NCBI RefSeq assembly: GCF_006345805.1
Contig: NC_043007.1
Span: 75,516,001-75,580,000 of the forward strand
Length of the DNA stretch: 64,000 bases
Origin: Octopus sinensis
Lineage: Eukaryota
Direction: 5' to 3'
Position 1 is the first letter of the stretch; each line of letters begins with the position of its first letter. The notes beneath the pieces were generated by a model. The model ran no database searches. It was not told where the DNA came from and was given only the letters and a program-made list of their open reading frames with translations. The translations under genes were made by a program, and so were the position numbers. This document shows, in pieces, positions 38,480-49,853 of this stretch.

Positions 38480-39500
38480 CCACCCCCACCCCGGACAACA
38501 TTTGATGATTAACAGTCAATAGTGTATCCTTTATGCTTAATAACTTCCTTCAGTCTATGAGGGTTATTTTCAGTTATAATCAGGCACAGATCAGAAGGAA
38601 TTTTAATTGCATATTCTTCCAACTGCTTCAAATTAGACGGCCATCTTACTTTCATTCTCTACTTTAGCTCCCACCATAAATTTTTTATTGGGTTTAAGCC
38701 AGGACTTTGAACCGGCCATAGTGGTAGTTTCTTTCAACCAATTTTGGATTAAAAGTGAGGCATGTTTAGGATCATTGTCCTGCTGAAAGTGTAACAACAT
38801 CCCCATCCCAGTTGCTTCACCAATGACTTTCATTCAAAATATTGAGATAATTCTCTTTTTCATCATTTCTTTAATTTGAATTAATTTTTCAGTGTCTCTG
38901 GCAGAAAAAAAAAAAACTCCCAGCATTATGCTGCCTTTGCCATGTTTGATGGCAGAGATGATGTTCTTTGAATTGTAGGCTACTCCACTTTTCCTCCAAA
39001 TGGTAGTTCTATATTTTGAGTGGATAAATCAAGTTTGGTTTCATCAGGCCTCAGAACAGAGAACAAGCTTATTTAAGAAAGTCCCTTGTAAACTTTGAAT
39101 GAGCTGTTAAGTGCTTTGTCTTCAACAATTGTGTCATCCAGTAATGGCACATTTTCAAGTTACTTCTATTGAGTGTTCAAGTAGTCATTGACCTTGAAAC
39201 ACAGACTCCAATATGCTGTCAAATTGGCTATTATCTTTGCAGTTGTTACTTTAGTATCATTGTTGACCATTTTAATTAACATCTTCTCTTGTTTTTCTGA
39301 AAAGAACTTCTTTCTGCTACATCCAACAAACCAGTGTCTTGATGCTTCAAGATTATGTTGTGAACAGTTGATCTAGCCATACTGAAATTCTTAGATATTG
39401 TCTTATACCCACCTCTAGCATGAGCATCAACAGTCTTCTTCTTGAAGTTAGAACTGTGCTCTTACGTCTTCACCATATCACAGATAGAATAATTTGTTGA
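38480..39500 (-). pseudogene. Decayed Tc1 transposase of a second family
   Basis: 'FQQDNDPKHASLLIQNWL'; upstream KHGxGSIM-like and xDETK-like motifs. TIRs not identified. Confidence 0.7.
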
Positions 39501-39804
39501 CCAAAAGAAGGTTGTAAAAACATTGTGCAAGTTATGTCATGTAGTCTTGTTACATATTATTCCAGAAGTTTCTGTATCTTAGAACTTTGTCAAGATGACA
39601 TAAACTATATTATTCAACACATATTCTTATATTGTAGCCCAAATCAGTATTTTTTTGTTTTGTTTTTGTTTTTGTATTTGCAACATAATAACAATGGTCA
39701 ACAAAATTAAATGTAAACCAATTTTTTTAGACTAATTTTTCATGCTGATTTCAAAATTTCACTCCATTTGTATGCAGCATGTATCAGTTTTCCAGTAGAT
39801 ACAT

Positions 39805-40208
39805 GCTGTGTGGTAAGTAGCTTGTTTACCAACCATATGGTTCCAGGTTCAGTCCCACTACGTGGCACTTTGGGCAAGTGCTTTCTACTATAGCCTCAGG
39901 CCAACCAAAGCCTTGTGAGTGGATTTGGTAGACGGAAACTGAAAGAAGCCCATCGTATATATGTATATATATATATATATGCATGTGTGTGTTTGTGTGT
40001 CTGTGTTTGTCCCCCTAGTATTGCTTGACAACCGATGCTGGTGTGTTTATGTCCCCGTTACTTAGCAGTTCGGCAAAAGGGACTGATAGAATAAGTACTG
40101 GGCTTACAAAAGTATAAGTCCCGGGGTCGATTTGCTCGATTAAAAGTGGTGCTCCAGCATGGCCGCAGTCAAATGACTGAAACAAGTAAAAGAGTAAAGA
40201 GTAAAGAG
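39805..40208 (+). mobile_element. SINE family A
   Basis: GCTGTGTGGTAAGTAGCTTG ... (AAAGAGT)n tail. Confidence 0.9.
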
Positions 40209-40528
40209 AGATATAATCATTAGAGTAATAAATAAGGACATTATTTTTAGAAAGTAAATGAGTTTATTGAGTTAAAAATCATCACTATCATTCTACTTTA
40301 TCTCTCTCTCTCTCTTCCCCCTCTTTCCCCCACTCTCTCCTGCTCTTGCCTGCTCTCCCTTGCTCTTTCTTTTGGCTAGAGCTTTATGTCACGCATTCAC
40401 TATGACGTACTGCCAGACCTATTTATCGGTTATAACCCAGAAATGTTTCCATCTTCTATCAGTATAGCCAACAACCAACTGGTGACCACAACATGCTAAG
40501 CAAAACTGAGTATACATAGCAAAGTACC

Positions 40529-40904
40529 TTATTACCTCAGCCTTAGCGAAAGCAGAGGTATTGTTTACAGGTGTGTTTGTTTGTTTGTTTGTTAGTTTGT
40601 CCATGGACAAGGTATCTCAAGAACCGCTGGATGGATTTGGATGAAACTTTCAGGGATGTTTGGCCTCATGACTGGCACAAACTGATTAGATTTTGGGATT
40701 GATCTGGTACCAGAAAAGGATTCTGAAATATTCTTCCTTTTCATTTGCTTAATTTTTGAGAGAAGTCGGGTTCCTTTTTAGCATTCTTGTTTGTGGGAGC
40801 AGTTGAGTTTATTTCAGGTATTCCCATTTTCAAAATCATCTCTGGCTTATCGTTGAGAGGACATTGGTGTTGCCTTGGTGGAGGTTTGTGCTCTCTGAGT
40901 GCTC
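40529..40904 (+). mobile_element. Helentron-associated (HINE/DINE-1-like) non-autonomous element
   Basis: 5' TTATTACCTCAGCC with a small hairpin, a (GTTT)n microsatellite, and 3' GCCTTGGTGGAGGTTTGTGCTCTCTGAGTGCT (subterminal inverted repeat plus terminal hairpin). Confidence 0.7.
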
Positions 40905-41173
40905 ATGTTTAAAATGCGACACCTGACAAGATGCACTGGTGGATGCAGCACAACTAGCTGTGCAGTATCCCACTCATAAGAAACAGATGCAGGATTGGTC
41001 AAAACGATCATTTTGTTGAATAAAGATTCTTGCTAACTCCATTTTCCGTTTCCTTCATATATTATATGTATGTATATATACACATATATATGTATTATAT
41101 GCAATGATGAAAGACCGAGACCTCTAGAGATATGCTGTAACTGTAACAATTTGTGTTTGTGTGTGTGTGTGTG

Positions 41174-41390
41174 CGGAGGCGCAACAGCCCAGTGGTTAGA
41201 GCAGCGGACTAGCGGTCATGGGATTGCGTTTCGATTCCCAGACCGGGCGTTGTGAGTGTTTATTGAGCGAAAACATCTAAAGCTCACAAGGCTCCGGCAG
41301 GAAGTGTGAGGCAAACCCTGCTGTACTCTTTCACCACAATCTTCTCTCACTCTTTCTTCCTGTTGTACCTGCATTACAAAGGGCTAGCCT
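41174..41390 (+). mobile_element. SINE family D, 3'-truncated
   Basis: Same subfamily as 50362-50727. Confidence 0.8.
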
Positions 41391-42575
41391 GGGGTCGATA
41401 TAATCGACTTAATCCGTTTGTCTGTCCTTGTTTGTCCTCTCTGTGTTTAGCCCCTTGAGGATAGTAAAGAAACAGGTAAAGGCGGTGAGTGGCAGAAACG
41501 TTAACACGCCGGGCGAAATGCGTAGCCGTATTTTGTCTGCCATTACGTTCTGAGTTCAAATTCCGCCAAGGTCGACTTTGGCTTTCATCCTTTTGGGGTC
41601 GATAAATTAAGTACCAGTTACGCACTGGGGTCAATGTAATCGACTTAATCCGTTTGTCTGTCCTTGTTTGTTCCCTCTGTGTTTAGCCCTTTGTGGGTAG
41701 TAAAGAAATAGGTATTTCGTCTGCTGCTTACGTTCTGAGTTCAAATTCCGTCGAGGTCAACTTTGCCTTTCATTCTTTCAGGGTCGATGAAATAAGCACC
41801 TGTTGAAAACTGGGATCGACATAATTGACTATCCTCTTCCCCCAAATTTCAGGCTTTGTGCCTATAGTAGAAAGGGTTGTTATTATTAAGAAAGGTGGCG
41901 AACTGACAGAATCGTTAGCGTGCTGGACAAAATGCTTTGCAGTATTTTGCCCGTCGCTATGTTCTGAGTTCAAATTCTGCTGAGGTCGACTTTGCCTTTC
42001 ATCCTTTCGGGGTCGATAAATTAAGTACCAGTTGAGTACTGGGCTCGATGTAATCAACTAATACCTCTTCCAAATTTCAGGCCCTGTGTCTATAGCAGAA
42101 AGGATTATTATTATTAAGGAAGACTGCAAGCTGGTAGAATAGTTAGCGCGCTGGACGAAATGCTTAGAGGTATTTCGCTCGTCGCTACGTTCTGAGTTCA
42201 AATTCTGCTGAGGTCGACTTTACTTTTCATCCTTTCGGGATCGATAAAATATGTATCAGTTGAACATTGGGGTCAATGTAATCAACACATCCCCTCCCCC
42301 AACATTGCTGCCCTTGTGGAAAAATTTGAAACGATTATTATTATTATTAAGGCGTTGGGCTTGCAGAATTGTTAGCACACTGAGGGAAATGCTTAATGGC
42401 ATTTCGTCCGTCTTCATGTTTTGAGTTCAAATTCCGCCGAGTTTGACTTTGCCTTTCATTCTTTTGGGGTCGATAAATTAAGTACCAGTCAAGTAGTGGG
42501 GTCAATGTAATTGAGTTGTCCCCTCCACCAAATTTCAGGCCTTGTGCCTATAATAGAAAGGATTATTATTATTAT
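41390..42575 (+). mobile_element. Head-to-tail array of about 6 SINE family B units
   Basis: 'gagttcaaatt...gacttt..ctttcat.cttt..gg.tcgat' recurs at about 41550, 41735, 41963, 42191 and 42421, with a leading 3' fragment at 41390. Confidence 0.9.
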
Positions 42576-42997
42576 TATATATATTTGCTGCAGAATAGGT
42601 TAGACATATTTTCAAACACGCTGCATAAGTCTCGTTTAAAATCATCGTTTTCAACCATTTCATGTCGTTCTGTGTGCAAAACTTTTCTTATAATTTGTTA
42701 AGAGCACCAGAAATGTTATGATTAGTGTTCTGTGGTTGTTTTGTTCCTTAAGGGGTAATGTGTTGCCATCCAAATAAATGCCTGTTTAGCATTATAGAAG
42801 ATATACGCCCCCATAATGAGTGTCAATAACACCCATTATGAGAGGGTCTAGGGGAGAACCCTTCCTCTGATCCCATCTACAGCCGAAGAGTTTCCTCCTC
42901 TTTCTACCCTCACAAAACTAAACGATTGTGAGCAGACAGGAGAGTAGCGGCAACGGTAACAATAACCACAATGACAACAGCAGCAACAGCAGCAGCA

Positions 42998-43350
42998 GTG
43001 GAGGCGCAATGGCCCAATGGCAGTGGACTCGCGGCCGGAGGATCGCGGTTTCGATTCCCAGACCGGGCGTTGTGTGTTTATTGAGCGAAAACACCTAAAG
43101 CTCCACGACGCTCCGGCAGGGGGTGGTGGCGACCCCTGTTGTACTCTTTCGCTCCAACTTTCTCTCACTCTTTTTTCCTGTTTCTTGTCCCCGACTTCCT
43201 ATGCAACCGCTGAGCCTGGATGCGCATTCATCCATCCGTCGATGCTCTCGGTGTCGGGTGGGGGGAGGGTGACCTGCTTTCTCTTCTGCGGGTCTTACGA
43301 ATAGCAAAGGACCACGTTTCGGACTTCTCCCACTGGATGAAGACCGATAC
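42998..43350 (+). mobile_element. SINE family D, tail variant 3, in a (CAG/CAA)n context
   Basis: Shared head and body; distinct tail running into (CAA/CAG)n. Confidence 0.8.
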
Positions 43351-43449
43351 GCTCAACAGCAACAGCAACAGCAACAACAACAACACCGATAACAACCTGA
43401 ATATCGTGGAACTGTCAGAAGCTGGAAGTATCGCAGGGAAAATCATCAT

Positions 43450-43481
<32 letters not shown>

Positions 43482-43739
43482 GCATTACCTCTCCCCACTG
43501 TCATTACCAATAGAAAGCACGACATTAAGCATGCGGACGACGGAAATAGTGAAAACAGCACCCTCACCACCACTAACACATGCATTAACAGAACGGAAAC
43601 AGCGGCCATTATAATTTCTAAACAAAATGGAAACGGTTTCACACAAATGTTTTGTTGTCTGGAGGAAGTTGACGTGATGGCAAAACGTTAACTGACGTCA
43701 AAGCGACACTTTAACAAGGAATAGGAGAACAATATTTCT

Positions 43740-44290
43740 AAACATGCCAAAAGAAATAAAAGAAGGTACTAGAAAAACAAACAAACTATTATCTACAAGT
43801 GTATTTAATCAAAAACTAGGAGACTGGTGTGAGCGATGCAGGCCCAAATTGAAAATAACCCTCAGACTAGTCTGGATGATAAAAACTCATATCATCCATG
43901 GAAAACATTTTAGTACAGTTGAGGTGAGGCTCCCGACTGAAGAAAAAAACCCAAAGAAAGTGCAGCAACAACCTTGAAAATGAGGAATTATGGCTAATTT
44001 CGAAATATCTTGGTTGGAGGATGATGAAAATAAAGTAATTGGGAGTACCGGCAGCTGTATTATGCAGCATGGAGGATAAAACAACGATTCTTCGAGTGTA
44101 CAAAATGAGAAAGGAAAATTGGTTTGGGATGGGAATGAAACACTTGAGGGGTATCGAATTCATTCCTGATCTGATCAACCTCTCGAGTGCAGTAGGCCAA
44201 GATGCCGTCTTTGTGGCGAGACAAACCACTTAAAGGCTTTTTGACACATACAAAGTAAAGAACTCCATCCCTGCTGCTGCAGGCACATTT
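43740..44290 (+). pseudogene. Tx1-like ORF1 remnant
   Basis: 'FSTVEVRLPTEE' and 'KENWFGMGM' correspond to 'YGTVEVRFSTEQ' and 'KMNCWGYGL' in ORF 25591-26121. Confidence 0.55.
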
Positions 44291-44597
44291 AACACAACAT
44301 CAGCATCAAAAGCAACAGCAGCAGCAAGTGGAAGCGCAATGGCTGAGTGGTTAGGGCAATGGACTCGCGGTCGTAAGAACCCAGCTGTACTCTTTCACCA
44401 CAACTGTCTCTCACTCTTTTTTCCCACTTCTTCCACAAAGCAGAGGAACCATAGTGTAACCCACTATGGTGTGGTAAACTTTCAGACCCTAGTCTAGATT
44501 GCGAATCCTCTGTACCCCAGGATGGTTCAGCCCTCCACCCGTTAAAAGCCACCGTTTACGGAATGAGGATACAACGTAGCTTTCGCGCCCGTGCAAC

Positions 44598-44760
44598 CGC
44601 CAGTCTATCGCGTGTGGTGAGTGGATCTTCAAGTTGCCACACGCATTCTTAGTAGCTTAGAGTACGCTCGAATTAGAGATTATTCTTTGTGGCTAATGGC
44701 GTGAGTCCTGATTGGAAGAAGAAGACAGCAGCAGCACCAACAACAACGCCCAGAGATTTA

Positions 44761-44793
<33 letters not shown>

Positions 44794-44921
44794 ATTTCTT
44801 CTTCCAATCAGGACTAACGCCATTAGCCACAAAGAATAATCTCTAATTCGAGCCTACTCTAAACTACTAAGAATGCGTATGGCAACTTGAAGATCCACCC
44901 ACCACATGCGACAGACTGGCG
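44598..44921. repeat. Inverted repeat with about 125-bp arms and a (TA)n-containing spacer
   Basis: 44598-44723 is the reverse complement of 44796-44921 with few mismatches. Confidence 0.92.
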
Positions 44922-44939
44922 TGTGGTGGGTGGAACATA

Positions 44940-45697
44940 TAATTACAGCTTGAATACCATGAGTTATGGACTCTTACACAGTTTGAATTGTTTCAAAAGG
45001 AATTTTTGTCCATTCTTCAGCTAAAATAGTCACCAGTTCTTGTAGTGATGATGGTGGAGGATATCGACTCCTTGTTCTTCTAAAATGCACCATAAATGTT
45101 CAATAATATTGAGATCTGATGACTATGTGCCTCGTGCCATTCAGTAACAACTTTAGCTGTATGAATTGGTGCAGTTACTTCCTAAAAGATTGCGCCTCCT
45201 TCCTGAAACAGTTCCGCAACCATAGGAGGAATTTGGTCAGATAAAATGCTTAAATAGTCTTGACTGTTAATTCTGCCACGAAGGGAAACCACATTTCCAA
45301 GATATAGCACCCCAGATCCTCCTCCATGTTTAACACTTGGGAGAAGGCAGTCTGAGTCAAATGCTTCTCTTGGCTGTCTCCACATGTATACTCAGCCGGT
45401 GGTCGGAAATAAGGTAAAGGATGACTCATCAGAGAAAATAATATTATTCCACTGCTCTAGGGACCAATTCTGTAGGTTTTTACTGCACTCTAAACACTTT
45501 GCAACGTTTGTTTTTCAAAGTAGTGGTTTTCTGATTGCAGCTCTCCTGTGAAATGCGACTTTGTGCAGCTCCCGGCGAACAGTTTTTGTGGAAACTGGGT
45601 TCTCGAAGTAGTCATTAAGCTCTGCAGTAATCTTGGGAGCTGTACTTCTGTGATCCCTTCTAACAATTCGGGTAAGAATCCGGCGGTCCCTATCCAT
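44940..45697 (-). pseudogene. Tc1 transposase fragment, same family as 7214-10002
   Basis: '[26 protein letters not shown]', 'IFSDES', 'PSVKHGGGS'. Confidence 0.88.
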
Positions 45698-45833
45698 GAG
45701 GTGCAAAGGAGCAAAGAGAAGATTAATACCTGCTCACGGCGAAGACGGAAGTCCGGATGGCCTCTGTGCAAGGACAATCCGAACACAGACATTATATATA
45801 TATATACATATACATACATTCATACATACATAT

Positions 45834-45918
<85 letters not shown>

Positions 45919-45919
45919 G

Positions 45920-46527
45920 CAATGATGAAAGACCGAGACCTCTGGAGATATGCTGTAACTGAGAAGACCCGGCAAATAAAGTAACACCAGTTATATGACA
46001 CCAGTGTCGTATAAAAGTACCTTTGGATCGTAGGGCGACATACCGTGCCTATTGAGTCAAGTTCATCAACATCAAATCAAACCACAATCAAATGGAAATT
46101 GTAGCTGTGGCTGATGCCAGCGCCGCCTGTTTGGCTCCCTGTGCCGGTGGTACGTAAAAAGCTCCATCCGAACGTGGTCGATGTCATCCCCCTCACTCCG
46201 ACTGGCTCCTGTGCTGGTGGCACATAAAAAGCACCATCCGAACGTAGCCGATACCAACATCATCTTAACTGGCTCCCGTGCCAGTGACACTTAAAAAGCA
46301 CCATCCAAATGTGGTCGATACCAGACCCCTCTGGCCCCTGTGCCGGTGGCACGTAAAAAGCACCCACCACACTCTCGGAGTGGTTGGCGTTAGGAAGGGC
46401 ATCAAGCTGTAGAAATACTGCCAGATCAGATTGGAGCCTGGTGCAGCCTCCTGCCTTCCCAGACCTCAGTCGAACCGTCCACCCCATGCTAGCATGGAAA
46501 ACGGGCGTTAAACGATGATGATGATGA
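45920..46527 (+). mobile_element. RTE LINE 3' fragment with internal about 60-bp tandem units
   Basis: '[18 protein letters not shown]', then a 3' UTR and a (GAT)n tail between (TA)n runs. Confidence 0.88.
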
Positions 46528-46559
46528 TATATATATATATATATATATATATAGGAATA

Positions 46560-46686
46560 AAAAATTATATATAAAGAACGTGAAATACACAAAGGAACGA
46601 ACACAGAAAACAGACAGGTCATTCGAAGCCTTTAATCTTCAGTCAGAAACCGGATCATCATAGCAAATTTCGGCTGATTAATTCTG
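46560..46686. repeat. Interspersed repeat family F (second copy at 51060-51197), embedded in (TA)n
   Basis: Shared 'cattcgaa...tcttcagtca..aaccggatcatc.tag.aa.tttcggctgattaat'. Confidence 0.75.
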
Positions 46687-46723
46687 ATATATATATATAT
46701 ATATATATATATGTCACACGCAT

Positions 46724-46818
<95 letters not shown>

Positions 46819-47102
46819 AAACCTCTCAATAGAAATATTCTCCTGAATTGAACTGCAACTGCTAGCCGTCACTGACCATTCAAAATACAACAATGAAGGC
46901 ACTCCCAAATTTTCCCACCCCCTCTCCTCATCAGCCTTCTTCTTCTTCTACCCTACCAAGAATTCACAACGACCTCGAACACACAAGTGCAAACAAGGGA
47001 GTCAGAGAAAGGCAGAATGCCACTTATATTTGAAAACTATACAAATATTCCTTTAAAAAAACTTTTCTTCTAATTTTTATAAATTTAATTATTTAATCGT
47101 TA

Positions 47103-47140
47103 CAGTTGAAAAGGTCTCAAAATGACCGAAACCGGTACTG
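47103..47140 (+). ncRNA. Degenerate minimal hammerhead ribozyme
   Basis: cag-TTGAAAA-ggtc(tcaaaat)gacc-GAAACCGGTA-ctg. The core differs from CTGAAGA by two transitions; stem III is the palindrome ACCGGT. Confidence 0.55.
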
Positions 47141-47188
47141 AAATGTTCTTTATAAAATTATTTTAGCATTTTCTATTTTGACTTGTTT

Positions 47189-47269
<81 letters not shown>

Positions 47270-47296
47270 AGAAAAAGCAACAAAAATGGATCAATA

Positions 47297-47386
47297 TTTC
47301 GGTACAATTGTTTCGTACGAAGACCAGCTTTATTAAGGCTGCAAATATTGCAGTAAATATAAGTGACCCGTACTCATCAGCCGAAA
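47297..47386 (-). ncRNA. Type I hammerhead ribozyme with intact core
   Basis: Minus strand: TTTCGG-CTGATGA-GTACG...CGTAC-GAAACAATTGTA-CCGAAA. Stem I has 6 bp, stem II opens with G-C, stem III is the palindrome ACAATTGT, and the cleavage triplet is GUA. Confidence 0.88.
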
Positions 47387-48496
47387 AAACATCTGAGTTC
47401 TCCAAGCATCTAAGGGGGTGAGGTTACACTCCTGAAACATCAGGGATAGTTCTATAAAAATCAGATTTAGATAACAAACGGACTTCCAAAGTTCTTTAAT
47501 GTTGCACAGTCATATAACAGGCTTTAAAAAAGTATTTTAAAAAACCTCTTAGTTTCCCAGAAAATCTAAATGTAAATCCATCTATAATTGAAGTAAGTTT
47601 GATTTCTGGAGATATGAGGAGAGATTTCATACTCACAGACGATGCATTTATCCATAATTAGTCCATAATAAAGTGTGTTTCCTGATGTATGATGTTATAC
47701 TGGTTACATTTCTGAAAATTTCTCAAAACTGCTATGTTAGAATTCTATTTGTTGAAGGAAAGTTAGTGGAGCGTAGAGGCAATCACTCACATAGGGTATA
47801 ATGGGGTAACTGAGAGGGGAAGGGGATGTAAATATCCAACTACGCAGAATAGTTTATTTCAGTGGAGACAAACTGACTGATTCAGAATTTGCAAGAATCT
47901 AAGAGCTTTAAGGAGGAATGCTAATCTTGACCAATATACCGTCGTTAATTGATATATAAAGAGGACACGGGAAGGTAAAGGCTGGTCAAAGGTTGTCACT
48001 GTAGGAAAAAAAATTAACAGATTTCAGTGCAACACTAGAAAGGAGGTTATTTAATTTATTTCTTTATTTATTAATGTTACTACTTATACATTGGCAGACT
48101 TTGGGACTACATTTAGGGGTCAAAAGAAAGGATTGAGAGTATTGTTTTTCATAATGAAAAATCGTTATATTATTTATGGGATTAGCAATATTTACTTATA
48201 GTATAAAAGAATTACGAAGTCTTATTAACTTATTTGCTTTAAGTTGGTTTACCTAAATTAGATTAAAAATTAGATAAAATTAATTTAAATTATCTATATA
48301 GTCTATTGGAATGAAAATTTATTTGCAACTAATTTATTTCTTTATGTTTCAAATCTGGTACAGTTAGAGAGTAAATAACCATAGCCTATGAGCTCGCAGC
48401 TATCTATTCAAATATATAATATATAATATATAAGAGTATTGCTTTATTAGTATAAGCAAGATAGACAAATCACAAAATGATTTTTATAAACGGTTA

Positions 48497-49471
48497 TCAT
48501 TTAAAATATTTTAGAGTCTTAATCCTAGCGTGAATGCAAGAAAGACCCAATTCTATACGGTTATTCAATAAGTCACAATTTCTTCTATGCATTAGTATTT
48601 CAAATGTTTCCATGGAGCAAAGTTGACAACCAACTCTGTTATTTTTATAAGGTATCGCTCTTCTAACTAATTCCCAATTAAGGTTATACTTAATATTATT
48701 GTTTTTGAGTTCCCAGATCTTACTTGAAAGTGTGGTGCTATCAGCTTTATGACGTAATTTGAAAGAAGAGAGATGGTTGCTAAGACGTTTCTTAAAATTT
48801 ATAGTACACCCTAAATAAATAAATTTGTTATTCTCTGTGGTTATTGTACATTTATAGATTACGTTATTTAACCCGCATAGACCAGGTGCCGGGCATTTTG
48901 ATCTAATTCTACATTTACACATAGGGGGATCATTTTCCGATGTGGAATTACTCAAGGATAGATGTCTCATATTACTGCTATTCAAAACATTATGAGTATA
49001 TTTTTCGTTATTATAGTTACTGCTGCTATCTAAAATAGTGTTATCGTTATTATAGTTAATGTTGTTATCTAAAGCAATATTATCATTTATCGGTCTTTCT
49101 ACACTATCATTTAATTCTATAGTGCTACCATAATTACTAACATTATTGGTATTGCTACTATTATTGCCAGTATTAGTTTCCAAATGTATACTGTTACTAT
49201 AGATATCATTGTTGTCTTCATTCTCGGTATTTTCCCTATTGGTATTACTCCTATTATTAACATAATTGTTCCTATTTGTATTATTATTATTACTAGCTAT
49301 TCCATAGCTATTGGTTATACCTATGTTATGGTAGTTATTATTATTATTGTGGCTATTATTACTTTCGGTAATGTTACTACAATTGTCATTGGTATTCCTA
49401 TTGTTATTATTTAAATATTTCCTGGCTAGTTTAATGTTATTATTATTAATCTTAGCTATTAAAGTGGACAT
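48497..49471 (-). CDS. Penelope-like element C-terminal ORF: Asn-rich linker, Cys knuckle, GIY-YIG endonuclease (truncated)
   Basis: 'CKCRIRSKCPAPGLC', 'VIYKC...IYLGCT..FKKRLSNH', 'CQLCSMETFEI', 'LLNNRIE...CIH'. Upstream frameshift and stop show the full ORF is broken. Confidence 0.85.
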   Translation of the reverse strand: MSTLIAKINNNNIKLARKYLNNNNRNTNDNCSNITESNNSHNNNNNYHNIGITNSYGIASNNNNTNRNNYVNNRSNTNRENTENEDNNDIYSNSIHLETNTGNNSSNTNNVSNYGSTIELNDSVERPINDNIALDNNINYNNDNTILDSSSNYNNEKYTHNVLNSSNMRHLSLSNSTSENDPPMCKCRIRSKCPAPGLCGLNNVIYKCTITTENNKFIYLGCTINFKKRLSNHLSSFKLRHKADSTTLSSKIWELKNNNIKYNLNWELVRRAIPYKNNRVGCQLCSMETFEILMHRRNCDLLNNRIELGLSCIHARIKTLKYFK

Positions 49472-49730
49472 ATTTGGGAGGGTTGAATAAGAAATTCTGA
49501 CCGTTTTTTAGAAATAATTTTATGATATCTATGAGAGGTTGGGAAATTCTTTTCCAGAATCATTTTGAATCTACTCTGAATATCCGATAGAATCGCACAG
49601 TTGAAAGGAACATTTAGTCACATTATATCCTTCTTATTAAATTTCCTAGAATTAGAATTGGGGTTAGTTGAATCATTCCTACTCTCATCAGAGTCGTTAT
49701 GGGTAATACCATATAGATTTCTGGTGCATC

Positions 49731-49815
49731 TAAGTTAAGTACCGCATTCATGTGAATTCAACAGAACTCACTTGAATCTTAATTGCTTTTACTATATATA
49801 TATATATAGTAAAAG

Positions 49816-49853
<38 letters not shown>

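Larger units (their letters stand above)
47268..49792 (-). mobile_element. 5'-truncated Penelope-like element (C-terminal GIY-YIG, Nematis-like) between (TA)n runs
   Basis: RT-thumb remnant 'DIM*LNVPFN...NFPTSHRYHKII...RISYSTLPNM', the GIY-YIG ORF, about 1.1 kb of 3' region and a terminal hammerhead. Confidence 0.85.

Noticed and set aside
46130-46370. About 60-bp periodic repeats resembling a CRISPR array (also 26860-27010 and 31010-31290)
   Set aside because: The units are degenerate tandem repeats in the RTE 3' UTR; the 'spacers' resemble each other, there are no cas genes and the context is eukaryotic.
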